Positions 10,101 through 20,000 of a stretch of DNA of 20,000 nucleotides are shown here, in pieces. The position numbers and the translations under genes were made by a program. The notes under the pieces were generated by a model. It was not told the DNA's origin, searched no databases, and was given only the letters and a program-made list of their open reading frames with translations. The DNA comes from Catajapyx aquilonaris (taxonomy: Eukaryota), in NCBI GenBank assembly GCA_000934665.2, contig JYFJ02001496.1, positions 58,062-78,061 on the forward strand, in the 5' to 3' direction. How positions within the stretch are numbered: the stretch's first letter is position 1; the number at the start of each line of letters is the position of its first letter.

Positions 10101-11101
10101 CATGAATCGATGCTCTGCTGTTCACAAGTTCACACAGTTTGAATCGTTATGAAACATTCTGTACATAATGTGCGCACCCCTTTTGTTAAGATTGGTGCAA
10201 CCCCAGCCACCTAAAAGAACTTACATGTTCGAGATGTATTAGCATGTTCAGCCACAAGATTTACTGTGCGCAGTATAAATGCCTCTGAGGCAAAAACGTG
10301 CAGGAAATGACGGACATGCATGGTAAATTCTCGTAACTGGGCAAGAGACGCGACTTTCATGTCATACCATTGTAGGGCAATGTAGCGTTATATAAATGTC
10401 AAACCTGCTGGTTTGTCTACGGACAGACGTGGCCTACCTTGACATGCACCTTATAAAATTGCATTGTGCTTGCAGGGAATGTGAAGTCACGCAGCCCGGT
10501 GAAAGATCCATCCCGTCTCCGAGATGTGCAGTGGGATACGCAGACAGGGGTACTGAACTACTATGTATCAGGTACGACTCAGTTCTATACCAATTCTCTA
10601 AACCCACACCACGAGAAGTTACTGATCTGAACAAGGTGTTCGCTCAAGCTCCAACATACTGACTTGATTTGTTGTCATAACTAAGCAATAAGTTGCAATT
10701 ATTGCAATGGAGCTTTGAAAAAATAGTGTTTACCATGTGGCATAATGAGGTGATCCGTAACAGGGATTTGGGACAACAACAACTACCCAGTAGAATCCAT
10801 CATAACCACCGTTCACAAATCACCCCTGAACTTGCTGCTTGCTGTTGGTGACTCCAATGGATACATCCGGCTCTTCAGGCAAGTTCATTGATATTGATGA
10901 CAGTGAGTGGGTTGAACTTTACTTATGTGACCTCTCGTTCTCAACAGATATCCGTGCACCGAACAAAAGGCAGCCTTCCATGAGGAAAAGGTTTACAGCT
11001 CAGGAGTGGCAGCAGTTCGATTCCTTTATGACAACTCAGCCCTCATTAGCATCGGTGGAAATGAGGCTGCTCTAATGGAGTGGTCATTGGATATAGAGTG
11101 A
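4137..11101 (+). CDS. DCX-EMAP: Doublecortin-domain echinoderm microtubule-associated protein-like (DCX-EMAP, EML family); exons 4137-4277, 4334-4746, 5580-6015, 6072-6224, 6281-6397, 6461-6593, 6695-6869, 6942-7091, 7156-7321, 7382-7477, 7536-7673, 7755-8015, 8076-8204, 8271-8399, 8479-8644, 9472-9660, 10476-10571, 10764-10878, 10948-11101 (about 1118 aa)
   Basis: Spliced frame is continuous (3357 nt). DCX1: [34 protein letters not shown]2: [54 protein letters not shown]40 repeats: [34 protein letters not shown]. The first two exons are less certain than the rest. Confidence 0.92.
6870..6941 (+). other. U12-type (minor spliceosome) GT-AG intron in DCX-EMAP
   Basis: 5' site GTATCCTTTT, branch site TTCTTTAAC at 6923-6931 only 10 nt before the exon, no pyrimidine tract. 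Its removal restores DWV|YGY. Confidence 0.9.
10879..10947 (+). other. GC-AG intron (last intron of DCX-EMAP)
   Basis: CAG|GCAAGT donor and TCAACAG acceptor. Its removal restores the EML motif IRLFR-YPC. Confidence 0.85.
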
Positions 11102-11893
11102 TAATGCTAATCAAAATAATCAAAGCAATAAGCATTCAAATAATACTGACAAAAGAGTGAAAAAAATGACATATTGGAGAAGCGCTTTCATTCCAATGAG
11201 TGTTCCCTTGTAAATATATTAGTTTAAAATATGACATACAACTTCAGATTTTTATTACTCCGAGTATTTACAGAGGCAACAAAATCCACTGAATAGGCAA
11301 CAGGAGAGACAACCAAGGATCCACACAGAAGAGGCATATAAAAATAACAAATCAAAAGCAATAAACTAATTAAACATAAAAGTGCAATGGAAGCTGCAAG
11401 TGTATCATGAGCACCTTGGGAACTCCTGCAAGTTCCGGGGGAAAACTGAGGTTTCAAGTCAAGCAGCTGTTGTAAAAGCCAGAAAGGTAATTGTAAAACT
11501 TGTGGAATGTGTAGAACTTACCAAAGGAGCCCTGGGGTGTTTAGGCTCTCCAACGAAAGTAAGCTAAAAAATTTTGACTAGAAAGGAGGCGATCAAGAGG
11601 CAAACTTCACCTTCTGAAATTCTACCATTTCTTTTTGGTGGCAACTTTTTATCTTCCCTTTATTTCATTTTCCGCACTGGGATTAACGCTTACTTAAACT
11701 TACATCCTGCCATATATGGCTCGAGGTCATCCAAATAAACTGTACACTTGTAGAGAAAAAAAATCATTGTTTTGGTTGCATCACAGCATTCCCTTTCAAA
11801 TACAACAAACAAAAAAAATGTATATGTACTGGAGTGTAAACAGATTCTGTAAGCAATCGGAGGGCCACTGCGTGAGTCTGGACAAAATCTACT

Positions 11894-14800
11894 TTACTTT
11901 TCGTCCCCTGCAATCATCACAGACTTGCCCTCTGCTTCACTTTCGCGGTCTACTTTCTTCTCCTCCACTTCCGTCTGGCTCAGTGCTTCATTCATTTCAT
12001 CCGTTTCCACCCTCTTCTCTTGCTTCACAGCAACCATTTTCACCTCGCCTTCCCCTTCTTCCTTTTTGGTCTTGTCTCCCTTCTCATCATCCGTTTCCAC
12101 CCGCTTCTCTTGCTTCACAGCAACCATTTTCACCTCGCCTTCCCCTTCTTCCTTTTTGGTCTTGTCTACCTTCTCATCATCCGTTTCCACCCTCTTCTCT
12201 TGCTTCACAGCAACCATTTTCACCTCGCCTTCCCCTTCTTCCTTTTTGGTCTTGTCTCCCTTCTCATCATCCGTTTCCACCCTCTTCTCTTGCTTCACAG
12301 CAACCATTTTCATCTTGCTTGCAGCGGCTTCCTTCTCAGTCTTCTCTCCCTTCTCAATGTCCACTTCCATCTTGCTTGTATTTCCTGCAGTCTTGCTTGT
12401 GCTGTCCGTGGCACCATCACCCTTCACAAAAAGCCGCACTGGCCTCTGGAATCCCATGGAACTGTGATGCGGAATGGCAATAATTTCTTCCTTCACAAAG
12501 CCCACCTGGTTGAGGAGGTAATTGCTAAAGTTCTTTGGGAAGAATTTGATGGCATTGTAGTTCTTGAATATGTCCTCCTGAAAGAAGAAAAGCCAAGATT
12601 TACACTGGCAATGAATAATGCCTATCTCGGCAACGTGGTTGACTGGGCCAGTGCACTGAAATATTGTGGCAACTCTAGCAGAGGTAAGTGAACAACCCTC
12701 ACCGTGACTTTCTTCTTTCTCTTGTATGAATCCCAAGGTTGTGCCTCAAGCAGCAGCTTCCCTCCTGGCCTCAGCTGTGCATACATGCGCTTGAAGGTTC
12801 GCTTGAGAGCCTCATCACCCCAGTTGAGATGGATCCACTTGGTCAAACTCAGACAGAGGATCACATCGAATTCAGGTACCACCGTTTCTAGCAGCTCATC
12901 AGATTCAAGTACATAGTTCCCCTACAATTCGGAAACAACTGTTGCATTATAACATATTACACATCATACGAAAGTTACTCTTATTTGGACCATCCCATGA
13001 GACCATAATATAGTTTTGCAAGCCATAAATTTTAGCATATTGTTCCCTCCCCCCATTTTAAACACATCTCTAACCATTTGCAAAAAAGTGCAATAATTTT
13101 TAATGAATTCATTTCTTTACTGTGAGTACTTCTTTACATAGAGTATATCAGTTCATATGCTCATAATCCCATCTGAATCACAGGACCTTGTCAGTTTGAA
13201 ATTAATCTTACATCAGTTCAAGACCTAAATAACTCCTGTTGGAACATTAAAAATGGTCATTTTCAGCTGCTTCCACCCAATTAGCAGATAAAATATTCAT
13301 CCCCAAGTCTTGCCCAATATAAAACTTCTGAAAGCATAAATGAAAGCGTACTTACAGATAGGAAAGTGACATTGTGTGGGAACCTTCTCCCTGCTTCTGG
13401 TGCCTTTCCCTGCCTCACACCAGGTACATCCAAGGCCCCATACAGGGCTGGCATAGAGGAAGGAAAGTCCTTCGGAGCTCTTGGCTCTCTGTTCAGGTAG
13501 TGCCTGACATTGGCCCTGGCTGCAGAAATGAGTTTTCGGTCAATGTCCAGTCCCACCATCCGACGAGGCTCGAAGTCTCTGGCCACAGCTAGTGTCACAT
13601 GGCCCACGTTGCAGCCCAAGTCCAGCACATCCTTGCCCTGAAACCACTCCCGCTTCATGTGGCGCAATCGCAGGTCCTCTTCCTGGTTTGGGTTGCGATA
13701 TCCGTAATAGCGAGTGTAATTACCGTACTTGAAGCGAGTGTCTTTTTCACGGAACTTGCCCTGCTTCACTGGCTGCAAAGGGCAATTGGAGAAATGTATC
13801 AGTGATACTGCATCAACAACCCTACCTCAGCAATTTGTTCAAATCCATGGCCATTGGTGCCAACGAAATTCTCACATTAAATCCTTCTCGAGCAACATGC
13901 TGTTGGAAATATCTGTACTCTATCCAGTTATGAAGAAATTCTCCATAAAAAAAATTGGAATGATATTGCTCATAAATAGAGACCGGATTTCTAGGTTTTT
14001 TACTTACTTTTTATTCTGTAGGCAGAACACTGGAACCAAAATATCTATCCATTTCATAACACAAGGACCTCAAAAGTCGTAGTTTTATACCGTTCAACAC
14101 ATTCCTCCCACTTCCATCTGTGAAGGGCGAAGGAGCTGTATAGGCATGCCCAATGAATTCGCTGTAGATATTTCACTTTTCGTGTGTGATCCGTTTACGT
14201 TATAATATGGCATCGAAATATCATTTTCAACCTTTTAAGATGTATAAATTGTCAGACAGTCGTTACCGACTAATCAACGAAAATATGGAATAACTGCTAG
14301 TTTGTTACTGTGCTGCAAAATTCCATGCCCAAGAGTAGGCTGTAATATTGTCTAGGAATGAAAATACATTACAAACTGCTTGATTTTTAGTGCCTATTTT
14401 GACTGTTTACAGGGCCTAAATGCCTACCTTTTCCGGGGGGTTTTAGAACCTAAAAATCCGTTCTCTACTCATAAACCATATGTAACATAATGTATACACC
14501 CAACAGTAGGAGGCTCAAGTGGTACCAAACCCAAGGGATATGATGGAGAAACAAACTGGCTTCAGAAAAAGCGCATGACCTCCAAATGTATACAGCGTCT
14601 AGTTCCAACTCATCCTGTTGAACTAATGGATTGAGGAAATCAATTACAATCGTAGTCCAAGAGTGTATACGAATACCTTGACAGGCTGCCTCCTGGTCTA
14701 ATTGTCCTTACACACTCCTCCAACTTGGTTAGTTTCCAGATGTCAGAAGTTGAAGCCTCTGTTATTCAATCTACCTAACTCACATCACAATACAATTTGA

Positions 14801-17097
14801 ACATACATGCATTTTTCTTGCATCTTAAAACTTTCCATTTGTTCCACTCTTGTTAAAATAGGAGACTCTTACTCAACAAACTGCAGCATCTCCAAGGCCA
14901 TATCAGAGACTGGAGCTACATTATCCTAGATCACATGAGTCTCTGAGCCACACAATCCAAATCTGACACATCTTTGGCCAATTAGCGTCATGTGACCAAC
15001 AAATGCCAATGATAATTGTCAAGGCAGGGCCTCCCACTGTTGATAAGCTCAGTCTGAGAGTCGGAAATATTGAAGGGATAATTTTATGAAGCTGTGCACC
15101 TACCAGAGCCTCATAAAACCAACCCTAAATGCCTAGAAACTCAAGGCGCACCAACAACCATTGCTTGCTATCACCAAATTATCCAATCTCATTTCTTGTG
15201 TGAACGGCGTACTTGTGAAACTATACCTTCTCTTTCAGGAAGAACAAACCACACTCAATGTTCAACAGTTGGGAAAACCGTGCAGCAACATTTCTGTTGG
15301 CACCTCTCATGTACAGTAGCCTACGGCACCACTTTCTCCAAGGCATCAATTAAGCTTCCATTGCAAGCAATCTTCGTCTACAGACTGAATAGGCACCACT
15401 GGAAACTCTTCCACTGGCACCATACTGATGACTGCCCATCTGGCAATCTCTGCTTGCACACCTTCAGCTGTGCCATGAAACAACAAGGTACAAGGCTAAC
15501 TCTTTCGACGTTTTATAACACAATCCTAAAGGAACCATTTTCAACTGTGAACTATCCCATGATGCTGTAAGTAGTGATATTACACTTGAGTTCCAAACAC
15601 ATGTGGCAGAGTGAGTCAATTTATTTACCAATGTCCTTTTAAAAAGTGCAGGGAAATCCAGTTTGGATCCAGTAAAGACCATGGTGTAACGGAGAATAGA
15701 AGTATGACTCACCCTACATGTGTCTACCCCACCACCAATAGCTGAACTGTCAGTGTAAAATCACTGTGGTAAACCAAATGCCCTCAGGTTATCATCTCAC
15801 CTGTGATGCTGCATTGGAATTGGCAGCCTCCCGAGAGTTGCTCCTCCCAAATCCCCACTTCCTGGCACCTGGCTGTGGAACAACAGGACTCACAATCCTA
15901 TCCCTTTCTGACCCTCTCCGGGTTCTTTTTCCTGGATCCTTATTTGCCAGTGCTGCAGGTGCGGCAACTACGTCAGACACTGGCGTAATGTCCAGTTTAT
16001 CAGGAGGTTTCATCACCACTGGGGGTGGAAGCAGCGGAGTTGAGGGAGGGGGCAATGGGTCTTGTTTCTTTGGGTCCACAGTGGCTTCTGGCAGATCCAA
16101 GTTTGCAGGTGCCTCTTCAGTCTTGGGTAGCGAGTCAGTTGACTCACCTGAAGCTCGCTTCTTCCTCTTGCGGGGCCTCTTCCTCTTGTTCTTGAAAGGG
16201 GACATGAGTTTGGATTCCAGGTCATCATCCTCATCCGCTGCATTCAGGTTCAATGGATCATTGACGTTGGGTGGGATCAAGACTTCCACCTGGCCCTTGC
16301 GGTGCTTTGGAGTTGGCAAGGGTGATGACTGTGGTGTCACTGCATTCAGGGCCCTTTGTACAAGTAAATGAGAGATGTCAGATTTCGCAAGTGAGTAACA
16401 CGACATAATAGCTGGAAAAGTATAGCCTCTGGTCAAATAAATAGGTTCCTGAGCAAATATGAGAACTAATTAGGGTGTAATTTACTCAACAGGAACATTA
16501 CCAATGCCACCATCTTGCAAAATGATGCATAATCAGCTCAAACACAGCTTGCTAGATAACAGGCATGAATCATGCTCCAATAAAATAACCTTGTAAATGC
16601 AGAAAAACTTTTAAAAGTCACAAAGCAATTTAAAAACCAGACCTGTTAACTTCCTCATTGGCCAAGCTCCCTAGATTGAGTGGATCTCTTATGTTGCCTC
16701 CAAGCAAGAACTTGGTTGGGGGCACAATGTCAGACTTCTTCCTCCTCTTCCCACCTCCTTCTGTTGCAGTGGCGGCTGCTCCTCCTCCTCCTCCTCCACC
16801 TCCACCCCCACCACCCCCTCCAATGCAGAAACTGGCTGCCCTCTTCCGTGTGCCCTTCTGGCCACGAACATCCCCGCTGCTCTTTGCCTTTTTGCTGGCA
16901 TTGTTGCTGGTGCTCGCAGCTGTACTGCTGCTCTGTTTTGGCGATGTGTTTCCTGTGTTGATCAGAGGAGCTGATGCCGATGACAATGATGCCAATGTGG
17001 CTCGCCTCTCTCGCTTATCCACAGGGTCAAACCTAACTCTCTTAGGGGCCTTTGGTATAGATAAGCCACCTGGTGGCTGAATCTTGGCTGATGCCAT
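11894..17097 (-). CDS. MEPCE: 7SK snRNA methylphosphate capping enzyme (MEPCE/Bin3); exons 17097-16643, 16353-15801, 13772-13356, 12921-12703, 12577-11894 (775 aa)
   Basis: Phases agree (2328 nt). N-terminal motifs [40 protein letters not shown]. Methyltransferase domain [60 protein letters not shown]. The exon 2 acceptor is the uncommon AAG. Confidence 0.95.
11997..12312 (-). repeat. coding tandem repeat, 90 bp (30 aa) x about 3.5 copies, in the last exon of MEPCE
   Basis: Units recur at 12001, 12091, 12181 and 12271 (CCGTTTCCAC...). Only two substitutions among the full copies, with a degenerate continuation to about 12356. Confidence 0.97.
13977..14467 (+). mobile_element. non-autonomous hAT DNA transposon (491 bp) in MEPCE intron, with decayed transposase C-terminal remnant
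   Basis: 21-bp TIRs match at 19/21 (TAGAGACCGGATTTCTAGGTT at 13977-13997; AACCTAAAAATCCGTTCTCTA at 14447-14467). Perfect 8-bp TSD CTCATAAA at 13969-13976 and 14468-14475. Confidence 0.88.
16780..16821 (-). repeat. poly-glycine (14 Gly) coding low-complexity tract in the MEPCE N-terminus
   Basis: Run of GGN codons on the minus strand (CCT/CCA/CCC-rich on the plus strand). Confidence 0.9.
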
Positions 17098-17908
17098 GCT
17101 CTCTTCTCACCTGCAGAGAAACAACAACTGTTAAGAGGTTGCCACAGGTTCAGTGCAAAAATTTCTTACAATTCTTGACACATTTTCAGTTGACATGGCA
17201 AACCCACATCAACAATGCTGTCAGAAACAAATAAAAATTCCCTAACAAAGAAGTTGCTACTGAATCCAGGTTCTAAACATACCTGTTTCATTGGATACAG
17301 CTACTGCGAGAATGTTAAGTTATTCATGTAATTATTTGTAATTCACAAGGCATAAACTTATTCAGTTAATTATTCACCCTGCACTTGTGCAATGTGAGCC
17401 ACACGTAACAAGCTGGTATAATACGTACGACCATTTATGCTAAGCTTGCCCTCAGGTAATTATACAAGGAGCTGAGGATCTCAAAAGTTATGTGAAATGA
17501 TACGAGGTCAGATCACAAAGAATCTCATTTCCCCCCACACTTTTCTGTACTTCACCCAACCCAACCCCCAAGCTCCACTGAACCTCAGTGCACAAGCCTA
17601 AATTTTTCTAGTACTACCAATCAACTTTAGTGGTGGACAAACAGCTGTTGTGTACACTGCATTCATTGCATTTTCTTCTAGTGCCACATTGACCAAACAT
17701 GTTCAGAACCACTGCTATTATTACAATACATTATGTTCCCGATACGCTTATCGAAACAATCAGGAAGATTCAGCATGCTTTTGGGAATGAAGCAATAGGA
17801 ACAACAAAAATAAAAGACTGCCACTATAGTTTTAAATATAGACGAACAAGTTGACAGAAACTAGGCATTCAGCACAGCAATTTGAAAATGGTTGTATTTT
17901 ACACATTA

Positions 17909-18078
17909 AGGTGCGTTTACATGTGAGCGATTTGATCGCCAAGCGATGAATCCAATTGTTTGAGGTGAAAGTAACAATCGGTTTTCGCCTCAAACAATAC
18001 TGGTTACTTTGGTTACGCAGCAATGTTACTACTGGCGACGACATCGCATGATCAAATCGCTCACATGTAAACGCACCT
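17909..18078. mobile_element. PIF/Harbinger (Tourist-like) MITE, 170 bp
   Basis: Perfect 29-bp TIR AGGTGCGTTTACATGTGAGCGATTTGATC (17909-17937 and 18050-18078) flanked by TTA on both sides (17906-17908, 18079-18081). Confidence 0.9.
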
Positions 18079-20000
18079 TTAGGTAATGCCATGTCTTGCA
18101 TTGCAATTCTGTGTACATGATCACAGACAGCATGAAATTATGTGTACCGTAGAATTTAAAAGCCAAGTCTGTTACTAATGAAAATGTGTGCAGACTGTGC
18201 AAGCCATTCCTCTTCTTTCCTGAATGCTTTCAGCCCATCTAAGGCAAGGCTTTAAATAAATATTGACAGGAAGCCTGACAGTGATTACTTTATGGTACAT
18301 ACTGTGTGCTGTGCAGTGCTCAGCCAAAAAAATTACCCTCTCCACTCCCAAATACAGTCAAACCGGTCCACCATATCACCTCATTCTCATAAAAAATTTC
18401 TGTACCAAACAGATGTCAGTAATGTGCAGCAATACATTTGAAAATCCCCCACCAGAACCACGATAAAAATCTGCACTGGCCAAGCTTCAGGCGATTCCAG
18501 GGTTTTATGATTAAATGCTTCAAGTTTGAAAGTTAAATGTAAGGCTGGGGGGTATTCTCCACAGTATGTATCAGAAGCATTTACCCTTTTTGTTCACTGC
18601 TGGAAACGATCTTATTATCTGCGAAAAACACGCCAATATTTCGCACCAAAAAAAAACCTACACAAGTTAATCAAGTTGTGCACACGTGTGACCTGATTTA
18701 GCTCAGTGATTTAGGTATGCAAGAATAAAGACACCAATGAACTGGAAGCACAACCTGATATGCTCGTCCCGTATTTCCAAGATTGGTTCCCGTTACGGTT
18801 AGTATTACCCACACGCGCAAAATGGCAAGAGGCGGGCCCATGGCAATGAAAAATATTGCGTCGACGCCAATCGGTTTTTTAAAAAGAAAATCCTTCGCGG
18901 GGTCAGGCACGACCCGTGGGTACCACCACATGTCGCCTCAAGAAGTGACTTTATCAAGATACAACGTGAGGCAATTATTACGGCAAAATACCCCCTTTGT
19001 CCAAAGTACAAACGACAGACACAATTCCTCGCCTGCAATGTTGTGATATGACATTTCGGTAAGTATATTAAATCGCACTTGTACTACTATCATCGCAACT
19101 TGACTCTGCCAGATTCGCATTTCAACCCCAGTGCAGTGTGCTACCACCCCATTTCTTGCACCTGACATCAAATATTCAGAGAAAAATTCCTAGCTAAAGG
19201 CATGCAATAAAAGAAGCCGAAGAAGGGGAAAAGGGGGAGGAAAAATAGGCACCCACTGGCATTTCCTTTGTTGACAGTAATGAATCACGCTTTGTTGGAC
19301 CATGAAGTATGAATTCATAACACCCCCCCCCCCCCCAAGGTTCCTGAAATACTTATGACAGNAAAAAAAAAGTGTGCATGCAATCGTCTGAAAACCCGAA
19401 GACAATTCCTAAGAGAAAGTTCGGTTGGAAGAATTTCTTCGGCAGTGATGCAGAGCAAATTTATAAAAAAAAAAAATGCAAAAAAAAATGCACAAACAGC
19501 CTTGTCGATGTCACTTGCCTGCAATAAGTCTAGGTTATCGCAATGGCACATGGGAGTTAAAAAAGCAGGCATAATGCGGGCTTATCATGCTATTCCTGCA
19601 CACTCTGTCTGCACACAAACCGATTCACCATTTCCCCGCCCTACTCATAACATGTCAAGCTTCTGAACGACCTTGATATGCCTTTAAAAAATTGCGATAA
19701 TCCTAATTTACAGAGATAATTATTTGGCAGCACAGTTTCAGCGATTTGTACAGTACAGTACTGTACACAGACAGGGCAAAATGCCAACCTTTGCATTTCT
19801 CCCATTGCACATTTAAAAAAAAAAAACAGTGCTACAAAAAAAAAAAAATGGATTGCTGCAGGTCCGCAAAAATACTGTATCAACATTGCTTCATTTTCAA
19901 CCGATGGCATTTTGACCTTTCCGACATCCAGGGGTCACTTCCTTAATCAGAAAATTAATTAATAGGTCAGTGAATTCCCCTAGTGTGTCCTTGAAATCCT

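Noticed and set aside
11716..12691. Three long plus-strand ORFs (255, 180 and 223 aa)
   Set aside because: Antisense shadows of the purine-rich MEPCE tandem repeat. Not a CRISPR array either, since there are no unique spacers.
15094..15570. 158-aa plus-strand ORF in MEPCE intron 2
   Set aside because: Non-ATG start, no recognisable domain and no supporting splice signals.
15766..17080. Plus-strand ORFs 15766..16371 and 16658..17080
   Set aside because: Antisense to the low-complexity MEPCE exons 2 and 1.
684..17097. Two RNA methyltransferase genes (NSUN5 and MEPCE) close together as a functional cluster
   Set aside because: Unrelated families and substrates, opposite strands, and separated by an unrelated gene. 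Most likely coincidence in a compact genome.
18547..18995. GGGGGTATT ... AATACCCCC inverted ends around a CpG-richer stretch (possible TE or MEPCE promoter)
   Set aside because: The inverted match is only about 9 bp with no TSD, and a promoter cannot be placed without transcript data.
19190..20000. Short ORFs in the homopolymer-rich end of the window
   Set aside because: Driven by poly-A and poly-C runs with an ambiguous base. No coding signal.

Overview
Gene-dense eukaryotic window, probably from an arthropod or other invertebrate, with many 55-80 nt introns. I reconstructed three multi-exon genes by hand with consistent reading frames: NSUN5 (+, 684..3391, 5 coding exons, 436 aa), a DCX-EMAP/EML gene (+, about 4137..11101, 19 exons, about 1118 aa; two doublecortin domains, HELP motif, WD40 repeats) and MEPCE/Bin3 (-, 17097..11894, 5 coding exons, 775 aa). 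The main surprises are: an intact same-strand VMA21-like gene inside NSUN5 intron 2 with its own polyA signal; a candidate 4-exon, 108-aa micro-gene between NSUN5 and DCX-EMAP that the ORF track misses; a U12-type intron and a GC-AG intron in DCX-EMAP; a recent 90-bp tandem expansion adding four VKQE SUMO-consensus motifs to the MEPCE tail; and a CpG-rich intron segment with open frames on both strands. A hAT element (8-bp TSD) and a Harbinger-type MITE (TTA TSD) are also present. Gene identities rest on remembered motifs, not database searches.
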